DNA of 60,907 nucleotides, the filler included, from Barthelona sp. PAP020 (lineage: Eukaryota): NCBI GenBank assembly GCA_040182905.1. It is 7 parts of 7 records of this genome, joined end to end, with 100 filler letters (N's around TTAATTAATTAA, not from the genome) between each part and the next. Parts side by side here need not be neighbours in the genome. Positions count along the whole stretch, not along the records: positions 43,690 to 52,284 come from JARQWU010000452.1; positions 52,385 to 60,907 come from JARQWU010000453.1; 5 more parts are not named here. The stretch is one strand, 5' to 3'. The stretch's first letter is position 1; every line of letters begins with the position of its first letter. The translations under genes were made by a program, and so were the position numbers. Below, piece by piece: positions 43,690-53,977 of the stretch. The notes beneath the pieces were generated by a model, which had not been told where the DNA came from, ran no database searches, and was given only the letters and a program-made list of their open reading frames with translations.

Positions 43690-44729
43690 ACTTTTGAAAA
43701 AGCTTCAAATATTTTAACAGTCACAGATAATACTGCTTTGGAATTGCAGAACATCCAACATTTTGTCAGTAGAGTCGGTCGTTTGGTTGAATTATCTGCT
43801 GAAACATGATCAAGTTTGAAAGTTTTTTTTTACCATAAATTGTAAAGTTTTTATTTGTTTTTTATCGCAAAAATAGTTTTACCGAATCACCCTGTCATTA
43901 TTCATTTATAGTTTAACTAAAATACGAGGTCATTTAGTTTCTTCACAATTTTGAGTGAACCACAAATTGATTGCCATAGAATTGATAAACAAAAATACAA
44001 AGATGAAACTTTATCAAAAAATGAAAGAAAAACAACCCTGTTGCATTGTTCTCAAAAAAATATCACTAAAAAGCTAACAATTTTTTCTCTCAGAAAGGGT
44101 CTTTTCCATTCCATTTTCAACATGTCTAATAAAAGAAACGGTATTATTTCTTTTGACTGTGGCTTTCATGAGATTCTCTTTCAGGTTCTTTTTGTTCTTT
44201 AGGTTTTGGACGTGGTTGATTATGTCTTGGTTGAGGACGTACAGATGATACGTCAAATGGTCGTCATCCCATCTTGTTTAAATGAAAAAATAATGATTAA
44301 GTAAAAATTGGATGCGAATCCAATCTTCACAATTTTACAGTTCACCTCGCATTTTTTTTAAAGAATATCTTCAAACACAGCAGTCTTTAAATCAAATCAA
44401 TTAGCAAAAGGAGGCATCTAGATCAAAATGGAGCAAGTTGAAAGCAATCATTTGAATTTTTTTCCCATGTTATTTTGTTTTTAAAACATCTATAAATTCA
44501 AAATCAAGGAATATAAACAACTAAATAAAAATAACTAATTGATAATGTCAAAAAAAAAATTTAAATCACTCCAAAATTTGATGTAAATGTAGGAATTATA
44601 ATAAATAAAAAAAAACTCTGATAAAAAACAAAAAAAAATGAAATTGAATGGAAATAAATGAAGAGGTCGAGATTTGAATACATTTTTCAAATTCGAAACA
44701 ATTTTTTTTTTTGCAAACAATCTTTCTAA

Positions 44730-47700
44730 ATGGCACCCAACCAAAGTGCTTTAGAAAAGCTGCAACAATTAAAGGCAAAGAAAACGCCATTACAAAATGA
44801 TATTAGAGTAAGTGAACGTAATCAACGTTTTAACATGATGAAAGAGCAAGGAACTGTAATTATTTCACCCAAACCTAATGGGAAGTCTTTGAATTCTTCT
44901 TCAATTAAAAATGCATCTTTGACCAAAGCTCAAACTCCTGAAAGAGCGAGAGCTGTGCTTGATAAGATTAAAGCCAAACGAGCTGGAAAGAGTAATATTT
45001 CTAATACTCCACTAATTGAAGCTCATGCCAAGGAACAGATTTTTGAACAACCAATGATACTTTCAAATGATCATGTTGATTTAGAAGATGTTAAACCATC
45101 GATTTTGGAAGCAAAAGAACCTCATGTTGATGAAACAGAAGTGAATATGGAAAAACCTGAACCTATTAGGAAACCAGTTATTTTTCCCGTCGAAGAACCT
45201 AAAAAAGATCATATTGAAGATCATAAACCTCTTATTCAAATGAAGCAAAAAGAAAATATTGTTGCTTCAACTTCAGTTTCACAAGATAATTCTGTAAAAA
45301 CTCACGCTCAAGTTCCGATTTCCCCTGAGAGAAGAAATAAAGTAGATGATGAAATTGTGAAACACTATGAAGAATTGATTGAAAATTTCCAAAAAGAAAA
45401 GGATTCATTACGTCAAGAGTTAAACCAAGAAAGAGAAGCACATCAAAGGGCAATTTTGGAAAGCAGCAGAAAAATAAAAGATTTAATTTTGCAGAATGAA
45501 AAAAATGTTTATGATGAAGCTTGTCGTTTATTAACCGAGAATTCAAACACATCTTTGAGTGAGATTGATCAGCAAAAAAGAAAAGATTTACTTTCAAATT
45601 TTGGAGATTCTGAGTTGTTGGCTAAAGTTGATACTGATCGTATTAAAACGGAAGAAATTGAAAGAAAAGCAAAAAAGGCAGCAAACGAATATGCTGAAGG
45701 AATTATTTCCAAATTTAAAGAAGATTATGACAAATTATCAAAAAAATTGAATGAACAACAACATGATTTTGAACTTGAAAAGTCCAGACAAATGCATGAA
45801 TTAGAGATGAAATTTAAAGAAGATTTTATGGAGAAAGAAAAGAAATTAAGAGTTCAATATGATAAATTCAGAGAATCTCATGAAAAGTCAATGGATCTTC
45901 AGCTAAAACAAAAAATTTCTAATTTGGAATTGTTATATCAACAAAAAGAAAGCATGTTAGAACAAGAAAGGGCAAAATTAGCAGATGAACAAGGAAAATT
46001 TGAAATTGAAACCATCAATAAAGCAAATGAAACCACCTCAAAAGTTTTTTTGGATCAACAAAAACAATTAGAAGATTACGAAACTAAAATTGTTTCTAGT
46101 TGGGAAGAGCAAATTGCTAAATTGAACCGTCAATTAATTGAACAACGTCATGATATGTTAAACAAATCACAAATTGAACGTACTGAAGCGGAAGCCAAAT
46201 TGACAACTGTCATGAGTGAAAATAGCATTGTTATTAATAAATTGGAAGCACAAATTCGTGAATTGAAAGCTAATCATGATCATGAAATACAACAATTGCG
46301 TTCAAAATTACAAGAACAAAACTTAAAACAACATATGATTTCCAAAGAGAAAATGAAAACTGAATCCGATTCTACCATTGAACAAATGCAAAGAGTTATT
46401 GATTCGTTAAGAAATCAGATGGAACAAAACACTTCCAAACATGATTTAACTGTAAGTGAAATGAGACAAACATATAACAATAGAATAATGGAAATTGAAA
46501 AGGATCGTGATGAATTTGAAAGTGAAATTCATAAAAAGACTGAAAATATTATTTTAGCTGTCAAAAAAGATTTTAATGAACAAATGGAACAAATGAGAAA
46601 ATCTTATGATGAAAGAATTGAAGGTATTCAAACTAAGAATAAAGATAATATGGAACGAATTTCAAGTCAAAATGAAGATTCAATAATTCGTCAAAAAAAG
46701 CAATTAGAATTGATTATTGAGAATTTAAAGAATGAAAAGATTGATTTAAGAACAAAATTAAATGAAGCTTTAATTGAAAAAGAGGAATTCTGGAAAGAAG
46801 AGACCAAAAAACAAATTGAATCGGTTGAAAAGAGATATGAAGAAATGTTGAATGATTCAAAAGTACATTATGAATACCATATTGAACAAGAACAAAAGAA
46901 CATTCTTGAATTAAAGAATAAATATGATGAACGTATCAAAAAATTGGAGGCAGATGATGCAATTAAGACAGAAAAGATCAAACAAAAATTGAATGCCACT
47001 TTTGATAAAAACATTGAAAATTATCGATTCTATTTGGATGAAAAGATTGATTCTTTGAAAGAAGATTACAACAAAACTATTGATGAACTTCAAGAGAATC
47101 TTGTTGAAAAAGAAAGTAAATTCATTGAATTTGAAACAAATTTAGTTTCAAAATATGCTGATAATGTGAATGAACTCACAAATAAGTTAGAAGCAAACTA
47201 TGTTGATCAAATTACCAAATTAAAGAATGAAATGATGGATATTAATTTAAAATTAAATCAAGCCGAAACAGAAAAGACTGCGGCTCTTAATGATTTACAA
47301 GATGAATTATTCAATCAACATGAACATAATCTGCAAGAAAAATTAAAAGAAATGGAAAAACAACATGGCGAACAATTAACTAATTTGAAACAAGAATCTG
47401 TTGAATCCATTAAGCATATGAATGAAGATTTTATTAAACAACGTGAAACTTTGTTAGAACGTATTCAAAATGATAATTTGAATATTTTAAAAGATGTTTC
47501 CAGTAGGGTTGATGAATCTATTAGAGATTTGAATCAAGAAATCATTAAAAAACATAATAATGTTATTGAAGAAATCAAAAAGAGAGAAAATGATTTAATT
47601 GAAGAAAGGTCACGTTTAACTGAAGAAATGGAATCCAAAGAATTGTTGATTTTCAATCAAAAGAATGAAGAAATCGAAAATGTTCATAAAAATGCTGAAG

Positions 47701-50700
47701 ATAAGATTAAGAATGATCGTATGTTATTACTTAAAGAAATAGAAGTAAAACGAGTTGATTATCAAAAAGAAATCGATAAAAAATTAGACGAGGAAAGAGT
47801 TAAAATGATTGATATGGTAAAAACTTGGGAAAATGAACAGTTAGAATCTAAAAAACAATTAGAAGATGAACATTCTCAACAAATTCTTGATGTTATCAGT
47901 GAATATAATGAAAAAATGGAAGCTTTTGAAAAAGTACAAAATGATGAAAAGAATCAATTGATCAAGAATCATAAAGAAATAATTCTTGCTAAGAATGAGG
48001 AAATTGAAAGAATTCATAAGGAAAGTCAAGAAATTTTACAAGAAAAATTGAAAGCCATCAGTTTGGATAAAATTCAAGATGATATGAAATTAAGACAACA
48101 ATATTCAAATGTAATTCAACAACACATTAAGAATTTGGAATTAGAAACTAAAGAAAGATTAGAATTTTATGAACAACATTTAATTGATATTCATAAAGAT
48201 TATTCTGAACAAATTAAAAATGCTAATTTGGAATTGGTTCGTTATGAAGTTGATATTAAAGAGAAATATGAAAATCTATTGGAAAATAGTCAAAAAGACA
48301 ATGATTTAGCATTATCCACTCGAATTGAACTTAATAGAGAAGAGTGGTTGAAACGTGAAAAACAATTTAATGAAGTTCGTCAAGAAGTTGATGTACAGAA
48401 ACAAAAAATTGATCATGAATATTCAACCAAATATCAACAGTTGTTAGAAGAAAACATTAATAATTTTGCTGAACACAAAAGAGAACAAGAATCTCTTGTC
48501 AATAGAAGTTGGGAAAAGCATATCAATGATGCTAATGATGCTATCAATGAATCTCTAAAAAGTGAAAAAAGGATGGAAATTGAATTAAGGCAAAAATTAA
48601 TGGTAGATCAAGAAAATTGGTTGGCTTCTAAACAGAGGGATTTTGATAGACGTGAAGCTGATCTTGTTCAAAGAGAAACATCTTTGTTTGAAGAAAAAGA
48701 AAGATTAAAGAAAGAAAGAGAAACTGAAAAAATTAGATTTGAGAAAGAAATGACTGAGAAATTTGAAATGAATTTCAATTCAAGATCTGATCATTTAAAG
48801 AAAGAATATGAAGATAAGAATGAACAATTGAATGCGATGATTGATAAACGTCTTTTGGAAGTAAATGAAAAAGAAAAACATATTCATAATGTAACTGAAA
48901 ATATTGGAATGCAAGAAAGAATGAAAGCTTTATCATTAATTCAAAAGGAAACTGATCATTTGAGAGAGTTGAGAAGACAAGATATTGAAAAAGTAAAGAA
49001 TGAAATTTATGAAAATGATAAGAAGAGGTCCAATGACCAAAGGAAGTTATCAAATGAGAAGCATCAGTTTGAAGTTGAGTTATCCTTAAGATTACAAAAA
49101 GAAAAACAAGAAATTGAGAGTTCATTTGAAGAACAAATTAATGTTATTAAACGAGATTTCGAAAGAAAGAAAGGAGAATTGGAAGAAAAGTATTCAGAAC
49201 AAAAACGTGAATTAGATCAGCACAAATTAGATTTTGATTTGGAAACAAGAGAACGTATTAATAAAATGGCTAATGAACGTGTTGAGGAGAATAAGAAATT
49301 CCATGAAACTGTTATTGTTGAATTAAATGAAAAAATTCAAGGATTAAATGATAAAGTAAAGGATATTTCTGGTAAATCAAGTCTTGATAAAGTGGTTTAC
49401 GAAAAAGAACAACAAGAAAAGTATGAACAAAAATTAAAAGACGAATTTTCAAGACTTAATGAAGCTAATGAGGTTTATCGAAATAAATTGGAAAGTGAAC
49501 ATGTTGAAGCAATTGATTTGGAAAAGGAGAGTTTAAAACAAGACTATGATTTAATGGTTTTAAAGAAAACTAAGGAAATTGAAGCAAAATATGCAGTTGA
49601 TTCTGAAGAATTGAAGAACAGTTATGAAGCACAATTAAAAATTCTTGAAAGTGAGAAGAACAATGTCATTAAATCTTTGAAAGAAGAAATGAATTCTATT
49701 GAAACAAATCATCTGAATGAATTCAAACAAATCAAACAAGATTATGAAGATAGATACATACAATTAGTTGAACAACATGAAGCTTTGAGAGAACAATTAT
49801 CCAATGAGTTGAAGAGCAATTATGAAAAGGAAAAAGAATTATTGATTGACTCTTTAGAAAAAGAAAAAGTTCAATTATCCAATTTCTTTGATGAGAAGTA
49901 TGTTGAATTGTCTGAGAAGGAAAAGGCAATTAATTTGGAAGCTGATGAAAAGATTCAACAATTCAAATTATTGTCTAATGAAAAATATCACAAATGTTTG
50001 GATGAAATTAAATCTCAGTATGATGAGAAATTAGTAATGAAATCACAATCATATATTGATCATTTAGTTGTATTTGAAAACAAATTATTGGTTGAAAAGC
50101 AACAATTTGAAGATGAATTAGAGATTAAAATGAAGAACAAAGAAGAAGAACTTTTAATGTCTTATGAATCAAAACAGAAGGAATTGGAAGATCAATTTAA
50201 TATTGAAAAAGAAATATTAATTAAACGTAATGAAGATTTGTTGGTTAAAGCAAATGAACAAAGAATTACTGAAATTAATGAGTTGAATGAATTGATCGAA
50301 AATGAAAGATTGGAAAATGAAAAGAAATTAAATGAAAAGACTAAACAATTAGAAGAAGTTGAAGAAAAAGCTAGAAACACATTTAATAGTCTTAAAAAAT
50401 ATAAACACGATATATCTTCATGGAAGATTGAATATCAAAAGAAATGGAGAGATAATTTAGACAGATTAATGGCAAGAGCTAAAAATTTAATGCAATTACA
50501 AGAAGAAAAAATGGAAAAAAGACAGTTGGAAATCGATGAAAGAATAACACAACTTGAAGAAGAACGTATAATGGTTGAAAGTGAGAGAAAAAATTTGTTG
50601 GAAAAACTTAATTCTTCCAATGAAGAAAAATTCAGACAGCAACAACAACAAAAGGATGTTCAAGTTCAAAACGCCAAGAATTTCAGCAAATTGAAAAATC

Positions 50701-51221
50701 AAATTGAAAGATTGTGGGAAACACTTGAAACTGCTGCTGATGACAAATACAATTTCAAGGCCAAAGCTGAAACCACTTTTGAACCTTCAGATGAAACTTT
50801 AAAATTATATGAAGAAGAAAGAATTAGATTAGAAGCTCAAATCCCTGTTGTGGAATTAATAACTAAAAGAGAATTCATTAAATATAAACTAAGTGAGTTC
50901 CTTAAGACTTCAACAGATCCTTCAAGATTGTATGGAAATTCTGCTACTTTACAAAAAGAAGAAAGTCAAAGAAGAGAATTACAAGAACATTTATATAGTT
51001 TGACTCAAGAATTAGCTGAAAAATTGCCTGAATATGAGAAATTACATGAGACACCATTCTTGTTCAAAGGACAACGTTATTATGATTTGATGAGAAATGA
51101 TGTTCAAAAACTTGAAAGAGATGCTTCTTCTGTCAATACGAAAAAGTTCAGACAGACCAATCAAATCAAAAAAACACCTCCAATGCAAAGAAGAACAAGT
51201 GGTGGAAAAATTAAACTTTAA
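44730..51221 (+). CDS. Giant coiled-coil protein with C-terminal MAP65/Ase1/PRC1-type microtubule-binding domain
   Basis: 2163 aa; IERLWETLE...STDPSRLYGNSATLQKEESQRR...YEKLHETPFLFKGQRYYDLM matches the PRC1/MAP65/CCDC87 motif DPxR...LLxEEKxR...E......F...G. Confidence 0.85.
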   Translation: MAPNQSALEKLQQLKAKKTPLQNDIRVSERNQRFNMMKEQGTVIISPKPNGKSLNSSSIKNASLTKAQTPERARAVLDKIKAKRAGKSNISNTPLIEAHAKEQIFEQPMILSNDHVDLEDVKPSILEAKEPHVDETEVNMEKPEPIRKPVIFPVEEPKKDHIEDHKPLIQMKQKENIVASTSVSQDNSVKTHAQVPISPERRNKVDDEIVKHYEELIENFQKEKDSLRQELNQEREAHQRAILESSRKIKDLILQNEKNVYDEACRLLTENSNTSLSEIDQQKRKDLLSNFGDSELLAKVDTDRIKTEEIERKAKKAANEYAEGIISKFKEDYDKLSKKLNEQQHDFELEKSRQMHELEMKFKEDFMEKEKKLRVQYDKFRESHEKSMDLQLKQKISNLELLYQQKESMLEQERAKLADEQGKFEIETINKANETTSKVFLDQQKQLEDYETKIVSSWEEQIAKLNRQLIEQRHDMLNKSQIERTEAEAKLTTVMSENSIVINKLEAQIRELKANHDHEIQQLRSKLQEQNLKQHMISKEKMKTESDSTIEQMQRVIDSLRNQMEQNTSKHDLTVSEMRQTYNNRIMEIEKDRDEFESEIHKKTENIILAVKKDFNEQMEQMRKSYDERIEGIQTKNKDNMERISSQNEDSIIRQKKQLELIIENLKNEKIDLRTKLNEALIEKEEFWKEETKKQIESVEKRYEEMLNDSKVHYEYHIEQEQKNILELKNKYDERIKKLEADDAIKTEKIKQKLNATFDKNIENYRFYLDEKIDSLKEDYNKTIDELQENLVEKESKFIEFETNLVSKYADNVNELTNKLEANYVDQITKLKNEMMDINLKLNQAETEKTAALNDLQDELFNQHEHNLQEKLKEMEKQHGEQLTNLKQESVESIKHMNEDFIKQRETLLERIQNDNLNILKDVSSRVDESIRDLNQEIIKKHNNVIEEIKKRENDLIEERSRLTEEMESKELLIFNQKNEEIENVHKNAEDKIKNDRMLLLKEIEVKRVDYQKEIDKKLDEERVKMIDMVKTWENEQLESKKQLEDEHSQQILDVISEYNEKMEAFEKVQNDEKNQLIKNHKEIILAKNEEIERIHKESQEILQEKLKAISLDKIQDDMKLRQQYSNVIQQHIKNLELETKERLEFYEQHLIDIHKDYSEQIKNANLELVRYEVDIKEKYENLLENSQKDNDLALSTRIELNREEWLKREKQFNEVRQEVDVQKQKIDHEYSTKYQQLLEENINNFAEHKREQESLVNRSWEKHINDANDAINESLKSEKRMEIELRQKLMVDQENWLASKQRDFDRREADLVQRETSLFEEKERLKKERETEKIRFEKEMTEKFEMNFNSRSDHLKKEYEDKNEQLNAMIDKRLLEVNEKEKHIHNVTENIGMQERMKALSLIQKETDHLRELRRQDIEKVKNEIYENDKKRSNDQRKLSNEKHQFEVELSLRLQKEKQEIESSFEEQINVIKRDFERKKGELEEKYSEQKRELDQHKLDFDLETRERINKMANERVEENKKFHETVIVELNEKIQGLNDKVKDISGKSSLDKVVYEKEQQEKYEQKLKDEFSRLNEANEVYRNKLESEHVEAIDLEKESLKQDYDLMVLKKTKEIEAKYAVDSEELKNSYEAQLKILESEKNNVIKSLKEEMNSIETNHLNEFKQIKQDYEDRYIQLVEQHEALREQLSNELKSNYEKEKELLIDSLEKEKVQLSNFFDEKYVELSEKEKAINLEADEKIQQFKLLSNEKYHKCLDEIKSQYDEKLVMKSQSYIDHLVVFENKLLVEKQQFEDELEIKMKNKEEELLMSYESKQKELEDQFNIEKEILIKRNEDLLVKANEQRITEINELNELIENERLENEKKLNEKTKQLEEVEEKARNTFNSLKKYKHDISSWKIEYQKKWRDNLDRLMARAKNLMQLQEEKMEKRQLEIDERITQLEEERIMVESERKNLLEKLNSSNEEKFRQQQQQKDVQVQNAKNFSKLKNQIERLWETLETAADDKYNFKAKAETTFEPSDETLKLYEEERIRLEAQIPVVELITKREFIKYKLSEFLKTSTDPSRLYGNSATLQKEESQRRELQEHLYSLTQELAEKLPEYEKLHETPFLFKGQRYYDLMRNDVQKLERDASSVNTKKFRQTNQIKKTPPMQRRTSGGKIKL

Positions 51222-51389
51222 AGAAAACAATTGCACATTTTGATTTCTCTTCAATTATTGGTTCATTCTTTTTCTGTAAAATTAATAATTTATTTTTTTA
51301 TTGGTTCAGTTGGAAAAAAACAACATTTGTACCGAAAGAGTAAATTGAGAGAACATATTCAAGCAAATTTCAGTCAAAATCCTAGGTGT

Positions 51390-51467
51390 GCCTTGAAAAT
51401 CTTTGACCAAATGAACCCTGTTCTTTCTTATTAACTCATACGCACAATTCTTATTGCCAATAAATAA
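51390..51467 (+). repeat. Dispersed repeat family 2, copy 1
   Basis: CTTTGACCAAAT.AAC.C..TTCTTTCTT...ATACGCACA shared with the reverse complement of 59297-59374. Confidence 0.7.
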
Positions 51468-52124
51468 ATAAACTGTCCTTGAGGAGCTGCTGTATTTATT
51501 TACTGAACAAGTAAATAGTCGTCACTATCCAATATATTCGATCAAAAATAAATGTACATGTTGTGTTTTGAAATGGAACACAAACAAAAGTCAATGATTT
51601 GAAGCTAATCCCCATTGAAGAGTTCTTTTTCAAAGGTGAAAGCATTCGGTATATCTTGAATGGTGACGATATTCATAAATTCGACGGTTTTACAAATCAC
51701 TCTGTGGGAAATCAGAAACCAAATTTCTTTTTAAAGAATTCTTTTTTGATTTAGAAAAAATAGTTTAAGGGGAAGTTCCTCAAACAAATGTATCAAATCC
51801 CATAAAAGATAAATTGGAGAGGTGATAATTAACTTTGACCTTTTTTATGCCAAACAAAGGATGTTATACTCAATTTTTTGTTGAATTTCCCGTCTTTGAT
51901 TCTTTTCGGTTCCAACTTGATATTTTGAACTTTCAATCTGCTAGAACTTTTGATTCCACTATATGTTTGGGGTTGCCTAATAAAAAAACTAGAACTCCAA
52001 AACAAATTTAAAGAAACATATTATTTATAATTCAAAAATCAAGCAAAATCAACAAATATTGATTTATCATAAAGATTTTCAATCAATTTTGGGAGAAATT
52101 TAATGACAATGGATGGCATATGGT

Positions 52125-52284
52125 CTAAGTTTCATCCAATTGCCAACTTTGTATACCAACCAACAAACCACTGCACTGATTCTTGATTTCATCAAGGTCA
52201 TTATCGAGGATTTGTGATAACTGTGAAACAACATATTTTTTAAAGGTAAAAAAATTGGAAGAGAACATAGTTTTGCTTTTTCTT
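52125..52284 (-). CDS. C-terminal end (...DEIKNQCSGLLVGIQSWQLDET*) of the 2-3355 coiled-coil gene
   Basis: 52186-52284 is identical to 3-101; the frame continues to TAG at 52125-52127. Confidence 0.9.
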
Positions 52285-52384
52285 NNNNNNNNNNNNNNNN
52301 NNNNNNNNNNNNNNNNNNNNNNNNNNNNTTAATTAATTAANNNNNNNNNNNNNNNNNNNNNNNNNNNNNNNNNNNNNNNNNNNN
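52285..52384. other. Artificial contig linker
   Basis: N-run + TTAATTAATTAA + N-run. Confidence 0.99.
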
Positions 52385-52385
52385 C

Positions 52386-52496
52386 ACAGATATTACCCGT
52401 GAAGAATATCTATTCAATGTCATCATGCCCAGTTCTGTTCCTGCTGACAAATGGCATTTGGCAGGACTTGCTGTTTTATTGATTAATAAGACCTAA
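52386..52496 (+). CDS. C-terminal gene fragment (TDITREEYLFNVIMPSSVPADKWHLAGLAVLLINKT*), possibly scramblase/Tubby-C-like
   Basis: Open frame from contig start with coding-like GC content; strand-loop-hydrophobic helix ending is only loosely scramblase-like. Confidence 0.4.
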   Translation, partial: TDITREEYLFNVIMPSSVPADKWHLAGLAVLLINKT

Positions 52497-52572
52497 TCTT
52501 ACACTTTGAGAATAAAACAAAAAAAAAAAAGATTGAATAAAGATTTGCAATTTATTTTTGCTTGTAAAAATT

Positions 52573-53844
52573 TTATGAATTCGAGGCCATATTTTCAAAT
52601 TTATGAATATTGCTGTTATTTTTTGCAACGAACGCTCCCAATGCTCCCAAATATCCCTCGTGAATTGGAAAAAATGCCTTCATCTCATCATTGCTGTAAT
52701 ACTTCAAAGATTCAGTAATGAACTTTCGTGCCAAATCATCTTTCAAGAAAAAACCGGAAAATACAATGGTGTCAATTGAATTCAACTGACTATATAAACA
52801 TGCTAGTTGAGAGATGTTCACCAATAACATATACATTAATGATCGTAAACTATCTTGTTTTGTTGGGTTTTCAATCTTTGTTGCCAAACCAAAAGAAGCT
52901 GCAACAATATCTGCATCCAAACCCAAATCAACATATCCAGAACCATATATATCACCAACATGCATATCCAATGTTGTAGAACCATCATTAGCAAGTGAAA
53001 CCAATTTACTAAATTCACTTTCGTCACTAAGAAGGCTTCCAAGCCCAACAAAAGATGCTCCTCCCAAGCACGTTCCTCCAACACGCTCATACTCCGTAAA
53101 ACTTTTGACTAAGATGAAACTAATTCCGCTACCAACGTTTGCTAATAGGTATGGAAACTTATATGCACCAGAATACTCGTAACATGGGGTAGAAGGGGTA
53201 GTTTTACTCAAATTAAGACTAACCAAGGAATCTTTTATCTCGTGCATACAGAAATTTAGTCCATAAACAACGGTCTTAATTTCATCTCTAGATGCAACAG
53301 ACAAACCCAATTCGTTTTGAATAATGTCCTTATATTTCAAAGAACCACCGCCTGTAGCTGTTACGCTGCTTAAAAATTCATGTAATTGGTTTTCCTTGAT
53401 AAATTCTACACAGTTGTGCATATTTGAACTTTGAAACAAAAAAAAATAAAAATTCCCACCATAACTTGGAGAATGAAAGATGAATTGCTCCACATTTGAT
53501 TTAATGAATGTAATAAAGTTATTTCTTGTACCTTTTTGTTCTGTAGGTTCAAAAAAAACCAATTTTGCCAATGATCCACCAATATCTAAACTAAGATAAT
53601 GAGATAAATGATGAGAAGTAATTGCACAAAGGGGTAAATTACAGCATTGACAAGTTACACAATTTTCATCATGTAACATGGGGTCATGTTTTTTTGGTCG
53701 AATTAAAACACTGGTAGTTCTTCCATTTTTTATAGCTTTTTTCGAATCTTCATCTTCTTCAAATTCATAATCACTATCTGAGGGAAAAAATATATCACCA
53801 CCTTTTGGTTGACAGAATTTTCTAAATATTCGTAAAAAAAACAT
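52573..53844 (-). CDS. PANK: Type II (eukaryotic) pantothenate kinase
   Basis: LDIGGSLAKL, ATGGG, DE catalytic motif, PYLLANVGSGIS, RVGGTCLGG, DMHVGDIYG, HEGYLGALGAF. Confidence 0.95.
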   Translation of the reverse strand: MFFLRIFRKFCQPKGGDIFFPSDSDYEFEEDEDSKKAIKNGRTTSVLIRPKKHDPMLHDENCVTCQCCNLPLCAITSHHLSHYLSLDIGGSLAKLVFFEPTEQKGTRNNFITFIKSNVEQFIFHSPSYGGNFYFFLFQSSNMHNCVEFIKENQLHEFLSSVTATGGGSLKYKDIIQNELGLSVASRDEIKTVVYGLNFCMHEIKDSLVSLNLSKTTPSTPCYEYSGAYKFPYLLANVGSGISFILVKSFTEYERVGGTCLGGASFVGLGSLLSDESEFSKLVSLANDGSTTLDMHVGDIYGSGYVDLGLDADIVAASFGLATKIENPTKQDSLRSLMYMLLVNISQLACLYSQLNSIDTIVFSGFFLKDDLARKFITESLKYYSNDEMKAFFPIHEGYLGALGAFVAKNNSNIHKFENMASNS

Positions 53845-53977
53845 CAAAACATTAATAATATCAAAAAATTGAAAAAGATTTGAATGATAAAAATGTGAAT
53901 TGAATAATAAAAAGTAACAAATATTGATTCTTTATATTTTTTTTCATTTGATGAATTATTAATGAATTATCAATGAG

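Noticed and set aside
44145..44272. Minus-strand protein-like stretch (RPFDVSSVRPQPRHNQPRPKPKEQKEPERE)
   Set aside because: In-frame stop two codons after the ATG, about 40 codons long, unidentifiable; at most a pseudogene scrap
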